Positions 47,481 through 61,300 of a stretch of DNA of 64,000 bases are shown here, in pieces (position 1 is the stretch's first letter; the number at the start of each line of letters is the position of its first letter). The translations under genes were made by a program, and so were the position numbers. This DNA is from Nemertoderma westbladi. Taxonomy: Eukaryota > Animalia > Xenacoelomorpha. The notes below the pieces were generated by a model. That model did no database searches. It saw only the letters and a list, made by a program, of their open reading frames with translations, and was not told the DNA's origin. The stretch is taken from NCBI GenBank assembly GCA_032718475.1, contig JAUCBJ010003173.1, positions 1-64,000 on the forward strand. The letters are read 5' to 3'.

Positions 47481-50400
47481 AAGGGATTATTACTATTAGA
47501 CGACACCTTTTCTGCTTCTATTATTTATCTGGCCCCACACTTTTGCTTGGGAACGGCCAATATTGAAAACCTTTTTAGATTGATGGAATTGCTCCCGAAC
47601 TACGTAAAAAAGCGCATAATAGCGCTCCGTACATTACATACACTAAAAGACGTTTCATAAATACTCGTTTTTTGTGACCATTTCCTCCAAGCAGCCTCCT
47701 TCTTCATGACGGGACATAGAGATATACAATATGTAAGTAAATAAACTGCTAACTAACCATTATCGATTTCTCCTCTCGCCTCTCGCTAAATCCCTTATTA
47801 AATGAACAACGAAGTCGAACACCAATACCATTTGTGGTAACCCATCTCTAGTGAATAACTAATACCCTTCTATATAACCAAACTAATTATTAAGATAATA
47901 TTCAAGAATCACTCTCCCTCGGGGTGAATAGTAGTTTTCCATCTACGGTGTTGTATCATTCAACTTTGGGATTTAACGCATTGACAATGAGTAACGACAC
48001 GGCTTATATATTGTCGCACACTTTATATTACGGCCTTAATCTCTGGCATACCATTCGTAATCCTGCTACCAACAACAGAACCAATCTGTGGGCCCGCTAC
48101 CAACAACAGAACCAATCTGTGGGCCCATGTATCAATTTCACGCCCTTCTCCGATCAGCTATTGTTGAGTACAGCTTGGCCGCTAATGGCTTATATAGAAT
48201 TATCCTATAATGCCTTTTATAATAGAAATATTTATCTCAGTTCTGCCACAATAATAAATGGATGAGGTAAAATCAAAATATGTCGGGTAATAAAACACCA
48301 GATAAATTATTCCCACTAAATTATTTGCGTGGTAATTTTATGTAATGGGAATATTATTTTTTGTGTTTTCTTCATCTGCAAAACTCAGAAGTAACTTTCT
48401 TGGCCAATCTTTCTGCACAAAAACATGCAAGTTAAGGTATAATAAATAAAAGGATAATAAAACATCCTGATACGAATTAATTAAATTGGGATGAGGATAA
48501 TAATACATTTTTTGCATAAATTGGTAACTATCGTTTAATAATTTAGCACTTTTACATCTGTGGTATCCGCCTTTACTATCTAACAAACCTGAATGAATAC
48601 TTCAATACATACTGAACACTGAAAGATTGTTAAAATAATGTTTAGGGTCACAAAGAATACAACTTTTGGTCAAGAAAAACAATTATTGGCATCCATATGC
48701 AACTGCAGACTGTATGTTGACTACTCCGATGGGGGCCTACAGATATTGGGTATTTTTATTACAGTAATATAACTTTATTATTATCAAGATTTTCATGTCA
48801 TACGTGATTATATTTCAGATCTTGGGTATTACCGTTATACATAATACACGTATGCTACGTATGTGAGGTCGAGGTCGCTTGTTTTGGTTGACCTTGAATG
48901 CGAAGAGCCTGGCGGTGCGTGGTGACGCCGATTTCGATACAACTATCATGACATAAAGAACATATATATCCGAGGTTATTGTATTTCAAATTGAATTTAT
49001 AAACAACCCGACACAAAAGACGGCTATGAATGTTAATTAACCTCCGAGGAACTCTGACAATCGAGTTATTAAGGCTTTTTCCTATCAATTGAAAATAATA
49101 CGCGGGTTTACTTTGAAGCGAAACTCCGGAACATAAATAAAACATTAAATACGCCAAACAATTGAAATAGTTTTATGGAAATCCCGTGAGAGAATTAGCA
49201 GATTTAATATAAAATGCAAAATAATTCATCGCTGCGTGATGCTAATTATATTGGAGCAGTTATCGAACCTTGCGCCGTGAAATAATATGTGACTCTCACG
49301 AATAAATCAATCCTCAAGTTAACTTTCATCAATATTAATATATTTTCTTACTGTTTTTGGTTTGATCCATATGCAGTCTATCCATTGGAGCCCCAGTTTA
49401 TAAGAACACTCCATCTCAAAACGGTTTATGTGTGAGCTGGTTTTGCTGTATATGGGTGGAGATTTAAGGCGATGCCGATGGTTTTATTTTCAAGCATTTT
49501 ATACACTATTTACTTATTAAGAACACTGTAGAACTAGTCGCGCACGCCAATTTAAGTTACAAAATATATAAGTGGGTAAAAATAGTATCCGCAATCATGC
49601 AATCTACATACACCTTGTCCTGGAATAATATAGTGTCGCAATTTTGTGACATTTTTTGAATCGTTTGAAGTTGAAGAATAACTGTGGGGTGTAACTGGTC
49701 CAATATCGTTGGAGACACCTTTTTCAATCCTTTTAGGTAAATAATCAAAGCGAAAATAAAAGTTCTCGCTCACCCGCTAAGTGGTCGGGAATTGAAACTC
49801 TCTCTTTTCCAAATTGCATGCAATCCAATTGAGATATGTCTATTCATACATTAAGAAAATGTTCCAGGTGGTTTATATATTAAATATAATAAATAAATTA
49901 GCCCAGCCTCTCGCAGCAGGTGCAAAACCACGCAAATTTTGAACGCTATTATCTCAGCTATTTCACGACGAAATTCAGATTGCGTTAAATATTTGGAATC
50001 CTTGGATGGCCAGCTTTCAACAGAACCAACAAACAGCTATAAGATAGAAGAATAACTGCAGTGTATCTGGTGCAATATCGCCGAAGACACCTTTTTTAAA
50101 GGTTTGTAACTAAAGATTGAAAGGGAAAAAAATTGAAAAATAAAAAAATTGGCTCACACACTAAGTGGACGGGATGTGAAACTCTTTCTGTTTCAAATTA
50201 CATGCAATCTGGTTTGTATAAAAGTTTGGGCGAGTGGTCCTGGTCGTGTCATTGAATTACGACTCTATTCAAGGACATTGTGTAGGTAGGCACAGTAAGA
50301 CAATCCCGTCGCATTTATTTTACATATAAACTTTCCCCGTTTGCTCTGGTTATCGCAATCCATCGAATTTTTAATATCCAAAAGGTTTCCAAGTAGAACA

Positions 50401-51184
50401 GCTACATTCACTCAAGGAAGAGGCATTCCATTCGAAAAATAAAATTATGAGTTTTTAATCCACTCGACTGAACGCACTTAGACATTGATTTTTCCGGATT
50501 AGAATTGGTACTGAAAACCAACTTGTGCACAGCTGCATAATTTTCACACACGTTACCACCATGTGTTGACTGCCATTGACAAAATGGCAAAGCAAGAACA
50601 AGTTATCCGCATAACCCATAATACCTAGTTATAAATGGAACACACATAACAGCCAGCATGGGACGCTCTAGCATATTAACAGGTCAAGCGATATACAAAA
50701 TTAGATTGGGGTGGCAACCGACCCTGGACGGTCAGCATTTTAGCCAAAGTGAAAGAATCTGAGTTGACACTATTCCAGAGTGCGATGCAAGAATGATTGT
50801 TGTATAATTCATAACAGAGTCCAAAGAAAATAGGTGAAAAGCCTTTCTTTAGTAGTTCAATAAACAGCTTAGATCGATCGACAATATTGAAGAAGGGATT
50901 CTTTCGATAGGCCCAACATACTATATAACTATTTAACCATACGAATTTCTAGAATAGAAACCGATTACCTTGGTATCAGCCAAAGTGCAATGAGTGGTGA
51001 TAGCGCCCCTTTAAAACCTGAAATGAAGTTTGTTCAACATTAAGCAGTCAGCTTGTTTATGGAGCGCGAAACATTCGAATAATTTAATCAAAAGAGAAGA
51101 CAATGCAATCGTAATTATTGTAGAAGAAAACGTCGTCTAGCTTATCTTAATCAATGGAATAATCATGAAACTCAAGTACTCGAG

Positions 51185-51418
51185 ATTAAACAAATTGATT
51201 CAATATTAAACAAATTGATTCAATATTAAACAAATTGATTCAATATTAAACAAATTGATTCAATATTAAACAAATTGATTCAATATTAAACAAATTGATT
51301 CAATATTAAACAAATTGATTCAATATTAAACAAATTGATTCAATATTAAACAAATTGATTCAATATTAAACAAATTGATTCAATATTAAACAAATTGATT
51401 CAATATTAAACAAATTGA
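51185..51418. repeat. 20-bp tandem repeat (ATTAAACAAATTGATTCAAT), ~11.5 perfect copies, ~0.7 kb upstream of unc-4
   Basis: Exact 20-bp period. Confidence 0.96.
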
Positions 51419-51909
51419 AATTACTCAGCTGTGGGAAAACAAAATTTATAAGGCCGTCTGAATCAAAAACCAAAAAACGGTGCATATTTACAATTTTAAC
51501 AATTTTTTTATAACATTAATTTTTACAACATAAATCAGGATAAACTTAACAAGGTCATTCTAGGCTGCCAGATTAGCAATGCTGCCGAAATCTTTCTACC
51601 TCAATCTGATATTTTTATTATATATTTTTATGTGCGTGTGTATTGTTGTATGTGTTCCTATCACTATTATTAAACAATTACATGAATATAATGTAATACA
51701 TCTAGTTAATAATTAATATGTAAGGTTAATGGACAGGCTGTTAAGGTTATATCAATGAGCCGCACCAACTATATAGATTAACTAGAGAGGATTAGTAGCT
51801 ACTTAAAATGTAGGCCCAATTCGGCCCTCTCTGAAACAAAACGTGTTAGTTGGAGGACAATTCGGGCCTCTCTCAAACTATGTCTTGCTTCCTACTGCGT
51901 ATGACGACA

Positions 51910-51962
51910 TCCTATTGGCTGTTGCTTTGAATCTCATGTATTTGAAGTTCCCTGATTGGTTA
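51910..51962 (+). promoter_or_regulatory. Candidate unc-4 proximal promoter (two reverse CCAAT boxes)
   Basis: CTATTGGCT (~51912) and TGATTGGTT (~51953), 140-190 bp upstream of the ATG; positional inference only. Confidence 0.3.
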
Positions 51963-52097
51963 TTCAAATGAACGAACTTTATAGAAGAAGAATAAACACT
52001 GAGGTAATAAATAATTATTTTCATCTTTAAAAGTCAAAACAACTAATAATTTTTTCACTAATTTTTTTAGAGATGCAATATTAATACAAGGTTAGCT

Positions 52098-52374
52098 ATG
52101 TTTCCTATGCCATACCATCACAGTAGCTCATCCAAATTTCTCTCCCAATTTCCCTCGCCACCATCAACACTACCTTGTCCGCTACTCACACCAAATTTCC
52201 CCGGGCCATCTACCTTTAATCTGCTACCACAACCGCACCCGCCCATGTTTCATTCCCAACGCTCTCTGCTTTATCACGATGCTCTACCCCCCTTCACTAA
52301 AGATCGATTCTTTTATAATTATATAAAGCAATCACCACTTTCTGCCAACCTGCAGGAGCCTACCAACGATAAAT
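52098..52374 (+). CDS. unc-4: unc-4 coding exon 1 (Pro/Ser-rich N-terminus)
   Basis: ATG 52098; donor GTGAGT at 52375; phase 1 joins exon 2 in frame (T+TT = Phe). Confidence 0.75.
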
Positions 52375-55300
52375 GTGAGTTTATTTTGAATTATAAATAA
52401 ATTTAATAGATATAATTAATTTTATAGGGATTGTCAAATTGCCCAAAATTTTCCGAATCTTTCCGCATTACTATTGACGATGCCCAATCCTTTAGTGACG
52501 ATTATATAATACTTTCAAAACCGTTTATTAAAATTACTATATAAAATATATTTAAACTGTTACGCTTATATTTGCTCTTTTTGCAGAAAACAAAAATACT
52601 TGTCCGTTAATCAATTTATAATAATATTTTTTGATAACTTTACACTGTATTATTAATATAATGTTAGAATGAACAAAACATAGAGCATAAGTTCAATTAT
52701 TTAATGTCAAATATTTGTTTGTAAGTAAATATAATGGGTTGAGGAGGTTGTCACCATCGCGTATATACTTACACTCTTTATAATTAACTTTCAGTTCATG
52801 GGAATGGTCTGAGCCGCGACGATTGTCTGGAAAGTTTAACTCCATCTAGCGACAACAACAAGAGAAGACGAAGCAGAACAAACTTCGCAGGATGGCAACT
52901 GGACGAGCTGGAGCGAGCATTTCTGACGAGTCATTATCCTGATGTCTACATGCGTGAAGGTCTGGCAGTGAGACTGGATCTTGTCGAAAGTAGAGTTCAG
53001 GTGAAATTTATAGTTAATAAAGTTTATTGACTGTACTATAATATTTCAATTTTAATAAAACTAAATTGTAAAACATTGCAATATCATAGGCCTAGTGTTA
53101 GCATAAAAACTATTGACTAGAAAATATGTATCGACATTCGAAAATTTATTATTCGTATTATATGTTATAAAACACAATTTCATTGTTAGGTGTACATTAC
53201 GAAATTCGATACGAAAAAAAATAATAAAATACTAAAATTTGGTTTCATATCCTGTCACAGATGGGGTGTATGTTTTATCTTATATTTGCGTTATATTTTG
53301 ATCTGATATCGGTGTGTTTTCATTTTAACCTTTCTATCCAGTTTTATTGTCAAGAATTCTGATTGATCTTGAGATAGTCTTTACTTTATAGTTTTGATTG
53401 TGCTTTATCGAAATTCTCCCATGTATTATAAATATATTACTGTATGTATTAGGCCTATCTAAATGTTTACCGTAATAATCGAGTGTAGGGGGGGGGGGGG
53501 GGGGGGGGCACATTCATTTGTGAATTAGTAATTCTTTATGTTGGGGCTTTTTTATTGATTCTGATTCCTATGGAGCAATCTACTACTCTATATAAGTATG
53601 TAAGTGAAGTGGTACGTCAATTTCGGGGCACTAAACTTAGGGCGTGGCACTTCAAATTTTCAAAATTGCAATATTCGTTAAATAGTCCGAAGTTTTGATT
53701 ATCGATTAGTTCGAAAGTTATCTGTCCCGCTGAATCGATTGAAAGTAATATTGAAGCCTCAAGTCTTAGTGGTACGTCATTATTGGTACACCGAAATTAG
53801 GGCCTGGTACTTTTTCAAAATTTGAATAAGTGCCACTCCCTAATTTTGGTGCACCAAAGATGCCGAACCACTAAGTCTTCAGGCTTCTATAATACTTGCA
53901 ATTTAATCAGGGGTCCAGAAAACCTATAAATGTGCATTGAAATCTCAACTTTCGTTTATTTTCCGAATATCGTATTTTTCAAAATTTGAAGTGCCACACC
54001 CACTTCTTAGGTGCACGAAAAATAGCATCCAGTTCAATTTTCAGAAATGGAATATAATCACATTCGATTCAGCGTAGTGAAAAACCTACTAACGCTAGCC
54101 AACAATGCCACACTATTAGTTTTTAGATTATCAAAAAAATGTATACTTTGTCATGGGACTACTTATATTTTTCATGGAAATTATTATTTTAAGATTTATA
54201 AGATTTTATTTTATTAATTTTAAGATTTTGAAATTATTATGAAATTTTAATTTTTTTGGATTTGAAAATGTTCTTCGATAATTTTTTAATCTACAGCCCA
54301 AGTTTGTAGGATTTTATTAGATGATTACAAAAATACAGTGGGGGGAGGGATGGGGGGGGGGGGGCGAATCGACCCCCCACCAGTGCTGCTAATGGTCTAA
54401 ACAAACACCCCACTAGTTGTAATAGGGTTAAATAGAATGATTGTGTATAGCGATGTGTATAGCCTAACCTACAGTGTACCTTTTAAAAATATAAACTTTA
54501 TTTAAGCAAAAGTTCAGGTATGAACTCAACCATAATACTTATTTTTATCAACGTAAGTTGAAAACAATTACACACTGCTTTTTACAATAAAATAACCATT
54601 TTGTGTAAAGATAAAAACTGAACTTCTCGTCTCTCGTCCTGTCTTTCTTATTGAAGTGTCGAGAGGAGCGGTAATGCCTATTTTCAATTAATAACTACAA
54701 AAAATAAATAGCTAACTACAATTATTAATTAACAGCAAAATTAAAATCAACATTCACATTCTAATTCGTTAGGTTATGTTTGTGAGTCGTAGGAAGGCCG
54801 TACCCCAACGATTTTTTGATACATTATTTAGTTTCCATAGAAAAATAGGGGGCCTCATCGAATCATAGGAGGCCTTAAACATCTTGACAACCAACACGAG
54901 ATTATATCCCACCATTATCTACCCGCTAGCATCACTACACGCTCCTTGCAGGCCTATTCATAACTTCATTACTTAAAATGCCTCCAAGGGCCTCTGTTTA
55001 GAGCTGTTTAAATCTAAGAATTAATTGAGAGCTAGCCGTTGCTTCAAGTTATAAGGCCTAAAGGAATGGTTAGAGCCGTGCTATAGTGTATCATCTCAAT
55101 GGAGTTTAAGTATGAACACTGAATATCGGGCACACGCCTATCCATATAGCAGAACAAAACCTTATCGAAGCAGAAAATAAACTCACATGAGGAGATGGGT
55201 TCAGGGTAAACTGCTATGATCGCTTCACTGATCAAGTGAGTATCAAAATATATTGACTCTCCATACGGTTAGGCATAGTCAATAATTCACCAAAATATTA

Positions 55301-58300
55301 ATACTTCACACTTGATTAAGTATGTAATAAGGTTTCACTATATCAGTGTTTTATTTGATGACTTTGATGTTGTTTCTTATTTAATGTTTATCATCAAAGT
55401 AAAAATCACGAGTCGTACAAGTGTGACCGCAACAACTTCTATACCTAAGTTGTAACTTATGTTTGGATGGGAAGTTGTTTAACGCAATGCCGTACACATT
55501 AATCAATAGTACGGCAATATCATTGTAAGTTATTACATGACCTACTATAGATATCTATAGTAGGTCATTGTTATTATTTTTAATCACAAAAAACACGATA
55601 CGCAATAAACATCAGATGTATACAGACACCCCCCATATTCCACTCACAGACTTCAATCACAGACTACATGAACTAGTCAGAAAATGTCAGATCGTATGAG
55701 TTAGAGTATGGCGCGGATGACTTCTGTAAACCGGGATCATTGATGCGGAAGACCTTCGGATACTTAAGGGGAAGGCATGGGTAGCATTGAATAGTCTGTC
55801 CAGGATTTGACAGTCCCATAGAATAAAACGGAACCTTTAGAGCAGCATTAGAACTAGTACTCTTATATGGGAGTCCATGCTGGGCTCTAACTGCTGAGAA
55901 TTAAAAAATTTCTGGATGGCACTTATACAAGAATGCTACGCCGGGTTCATTGAGTCAAGTATAATGCTCACATATCCAACCAGACCCTATAAATCATTGG
56001 AGGTGTCTCATTATGTCCCTGCAGAGCCGTGAGAACCTTGCACGATCTTGTGCTTTGGGGGCTGCATTGAGAGAATGAGCATGGTGGACAAAATTCAGCA
56101 GTGTGCAATGCGTGATGTTGAAAAATGAAAAGATCGTAGACATATAATACACGTTCGTGGGGCCTTCGCTCAGCATGAGGCTAAATGCGTACCAATTTTA
56201 GTTTGAATTCATCTGTGATTGACCGACTTATTTCGGTCTTTATCAAAAGTCTGAATCTACTGGTGCCGAGTGACAGACTGTCTGATTATTGACAAAACTT
56301 CAGATTGTATCAAAACTTTTGACGGACTACATACAGTACAAGGTTGGTTTACTTTCAGTAATGATTGTTGGCTTTCAAGAATTAATTTAAAAACGGGCAA
56401 ATTAATTATTGCCAAGGATATGATTCGAACCACCTAGGATCCCATTGGGTTTCTATTCCAACTCCTTAAACATTCGGCCAACATTCGGCTGCTCGAGGGA
56501 GATGCCTATGATATTTTATGTAGGTGGAACTGGTGTAAATCTGCAATATCGTACTTACTTGGTACCGGTACCGAACCGGTCAGTCGGTCAATACTTCTGA
56601 GTTTCTAGCGGATTCCCACTTTATTGTCTTAACTTTTTAGATTTCGTAAAAGATAGTCTTCATGATTCTCTAAAAGCAACCAATATTTCAGCTCTGGAAA
56701 ATGAGGCGTTCCCGATAAATGTATCATTTTCTAAAAAACAAATAATCTTTCGTAATTGACGTCAGACTGTATGTTTTTTCACCACGCTTTACAAATTAAA
56801 ATTCTAAAAATTATAAACTACTGACCTACTAAGTTTGGTTCAATTCCAAACCAGCAATGCCGAGAAATTCACTTTAAAAAATTTCAAGCATTTACCAAGC
56901 AGGCAGACAGACGGACAGCCCATTTACCCTATATGAACCATAAGCTAAGGCTCGCTGACATCCACTACGTGTCTCGCCCCACAACCCACAGCACACTCAA
57001 CTCAAGCACTCACACGCTGCAGACATACAACAACACAAAACGGCCGCACTAATACACTCCTTTATGGACATGATGAGTACAAGGTGTAATTGCAGAGTAG
57101 GATGGATAATTGATAACATCGCATAACAGTTTCCACATAAATTAAAATAGATATATGACAACATGAAATGATAGGTTACTGATTGATTGACAAATGTTCA
57201 AGGTTTCGGCTATGTATTTAATTCCAAAAATAATTAGTGAATCAACTTTCGAAACGCAACAAAATTAATGAGCAGTAGATCAAAGAGAACATTGAAGGTA
57301 TCGTCACTGTGTCTGGGGATTTATTTAAAGATTTTGTAAGATTGTGAATATACAAGATCCTTGGATGCACTTAGATGTTAGAATGATAAGATGTACTGCG
57401 TGTCATTGTAATCCTCTAGTGATTCAAAAATATATTCCGATAAATGTTAAAGGTACTTTGTATTGTGCGGATGTGAGAGAATTAACGAACCCAAACTACA
57501 GCCTGAAAGAATCATTAAATCCTTAGCACCCCTGTCTTTACTACTTAGAATGGATGATGCCTTACCGGTACAAATAATAGGCCTACATACGCATGCAGCT
57601 ACACTTTCTTACCGTGCCAAACTACCCGCCCAGCAACGAAACCATCCACTTGTTTGGTGTAATTTATAACGAGCTGCCAAACAACAGATTCACTTGTTGA
57701 ATAGTAAATTATTAATCGTCTTTCTGTTGTCCGAGAATTTCTATTTAATATGCGTGCTACGCCTTATGGGTTACTAACGAGCGACAAAGGTATTCACTTC
57801 CTGATTTAATGAGAATTTAATGAAAGATATTCAAATAAATTATTATATGGCTGTTAAATTCATTTTGGTCAAATAAAATATACCGTTATTGTTAATAAGC
57901 TAATAAGGAATAGGACATTCCTATAAAACCATTAATAGGCGAGTCAATCTAGCCAAAAAATGGGGTTCAACCCATAACTAATTCTCAATTCATCCAAACC
58001 AATTTTTTTTATTCTATATTACCTTGTTAATAATACTCAAAAAAAGTCTATAAAAAAATACTATGCGGATCACTTTTAATTTCCTGTTTCTTTTCTTAGC
58101 AACATGGATTTTACATAGCAACAAAGTAACTATTGGTGAGATCTTCCCCAAATTTGGTGCAAAGAAACTTTAGTCCAATGACTATCGGTTGACTGAACTA
58201 TGCACTACTACATAGTTACCAATTTAGATTCCAGAGCAACGGAAATTTGTATAATAATTTTCTAATTTTTACGACCATTTTGTTCATCTTATTAACACTA

Positions 58301-61300
58301 TTTCTCTAGAAAACGGTGGTATGTAACCCGGCCCATTCGATTTGTCGACTCCAAAAACCATTATACCCAGTAAAAGTTGCTCAACTTTTACTGATTTAAT
58401 TTTTGTTGCAAAACAATGTTTAATACTATTGGTGTATTTTCTAAAATTTCATAATTGGAAATTGTATACCATCAAACAAACCTTTGAATGTAATAATATT
58501 AGCAAAAGTCACTCATATACATAAAGTATTGAAAATTTTAGTGTTTGCAGTCAGTTGAATACACCGATACTGATGCTCGGTGGAGGAGCTAACTTTATAA
58601 TGCATAATTTTTTTACATAATAATTATTACATGAAAAATTTCAGGTGAATGTTATTGTGTGAAGTAATTTTGTTTAGAATTGTAAAGGAAATATTAATTC
58701 TTTATTATTTATTTACAATCATATTTCATATACTAATAATTTGCAGTTTTTAAGTAAAATACTATGCCGTCTACAACACAAACAGAACCAAATTCACAAT
58801 AATGTTTGTTATCTTTTACATTTTATCACATTAGTCTTTACTGCTTTACTATCTTCATTCCTGCATTCGATTAACATTAGCAGCAATGCGAGGCGAAGGC
58901 TCTAACACCTAGCTACACACGCAGCACCACCGGCGGTTAATACGAAAACGCCGAGTGAGAATTGCAGCTAGTCGTCGCCTGTGAATCACCTTGTCGAAGC
59001 ATATTCAATAATGGTCATAATGGTACATAGCTCTCAGCTGCACGGAGACAATGTTACCGAAGCATACATCTGGATTCGCATTTTCATTCGTTGTTTACTT
59101 TAAAATTCAGAAACACGTTATAAATATAATAAAATTATTGATCGAAGCGATTATGTGAAAAGATAAAACAAAAGGAAATCTTGACAAATAATATCATTTG
59201 TGAACATTGAGATTTGTGGTAAAACAAATCGACCCAATCGCACATCAAAACCTCTGGTGAAGAAGGCTCATCAATCTAAAGATTAATTGTTAATCGATAA
59301 TCTCGATTATAATTTATTCTCCCAGTTTTATTTCCGTTTAGATTCGTTAATTCTTTGGGATTAAATTTCAATGCGTCGCATTAGTTTGTTATCACAGAAG
59401 GAAATTAATAAGATTAGTCGCATTGATTGATTAGGGATGAAATTTTCATCTGGTACAAACACGGTTCCTCCAAACAATACCACTTCTATATCACATTACT
59501 TCCTGGGATTACTGGTTTTAATGAAATCAGTAATATCATTTCTCGGTACAGCGTAAAACTCACCAGCGTTACATAACAGCGTGTAAATAGATACCTTAAC
59601 AGAGTGTATGTAGATATCAGTCACTAACTAGTCATAAGGGATTTAAAAAGCAAGGTGTTGTAAAATTAATCATAGAAAAATTCGAGAAACCTTTATAACT
59701 ATATATTATACATTGCAACCTAACAATGCTCTTTCACACTGATTTTATTTATTATTATGAATAATTTTTATAATTTATAATTATTTAGGTATGGTTCCAA
59801 AATAGAAGAGCAAAATGGCGGAAACGAGACAACACGAGAAAGGGGCCTGGAAGACCCCCACATAACGCAAATCTAACGACATGTTCTGGTCAGCCGATAA
59901 GTTCAGACGAACTACAAAGCAGAGAGATGCATAAACAGGAGAGGAGACAACAGGTGGGTCGATGGATAGGTCTATATATTGGTTTATATCACAATTTTTC
60001 TGCTTGTGTCTGTGCGTGCATGGTCTAAGTTCAATAATTATATATTTAATTCGTATAATTAAAACAATTATCTGAAATATAAAATTAATTAACCCCGATC
60101 CGAACCGACAAAGGGTTACCTCGTGGTTAAACCTGGGTTGGAAGACCTAAGCCATGTTTGGTTGGAGTGGAATTCGAATTGTCACAGGTCATCGCTTCCT
60201 CAGAGGCTACATCGGGGAGAAGTGTGTGAGCTGAGAGTTTGTTCAATTAATTAAAATATAAAATTGATCAAAGAATTCACAATTAGACCAAGTAGAATCA
60301 AAATCCCAAGTTATAAAATAAAACTGGAAGTGATATTGAGTTCATTCATCCCTGTGACCATAAAATGATTATCAACGCGAGCCACACAAGTATATAATGT
60401 AACATATACTGCGAGTTACATAAATACATAATATTACATAATTATTTAACATTCATTACTACTTGCTTTACTTGCTTCATGTTACGGAAATAAAGATAGA
60501 AAATGTGAAATGTACATGTAGAACAAATCGGGTGTAAACGCTACGCCGACAACCGACAGCCGACAACCGCTGCCGACAACATCAAATATGAAAATGTAAC
60601 CTGAGTTTATGACTCTCGTTTTTTGTATTGGTTAGAATAACCTTCCACTGTAACCTGTTCCTTTCCTTCAATTAATAAATAACATTAATTAGCTTTAATA
60701 ATAGTTGTCGGCGTTGGTTGTCGGTAGTCGGTTGTCGACGTAGCGTTTACACCCAAACAAATATCATTCCTAATCAACATTTTATTTACATTTCGACAGA
60801 AACAGATTTCTCGCCAGTTGGAACGTGAGAAACAAAAATGTGTAAAGGCTGGAAAGACGTGGCCAATGATTGGAAATGATGTGGTTGCTCTGACCAGACG
60901 CTTACATATGAACTACCCTTTCGCTCTTGTGAGAAAGATGTTGGTGCAGCATGGATTTATCTTCGAAGACATTAAAGATGAACTTGGATGCGATAGCAAA
61001 GGTGTGATTGGATTTACCAATGTGAAGAAGGCGGATGATACCTCAGTAATTGAAGTCGAGACTGTAGAAGATATTGTACCCAAAGAAATATGTTTATCTG
61101 AACCTACAGACATTAATTGTAACACAGAAACTCTTTTAAATGACAGACCATATACTAGTAGTTCTAGAAATATGTTTAGTATAGATAGTATTCTTTCTAA
61201 ACCAGTTCAAAATCGAGAAATTGGAAGGAATGGCAATGGTGTTGTGCAAACTGATATGGTACCGATGTACCATTACACGAATAAATACGGTATCTGGCTA

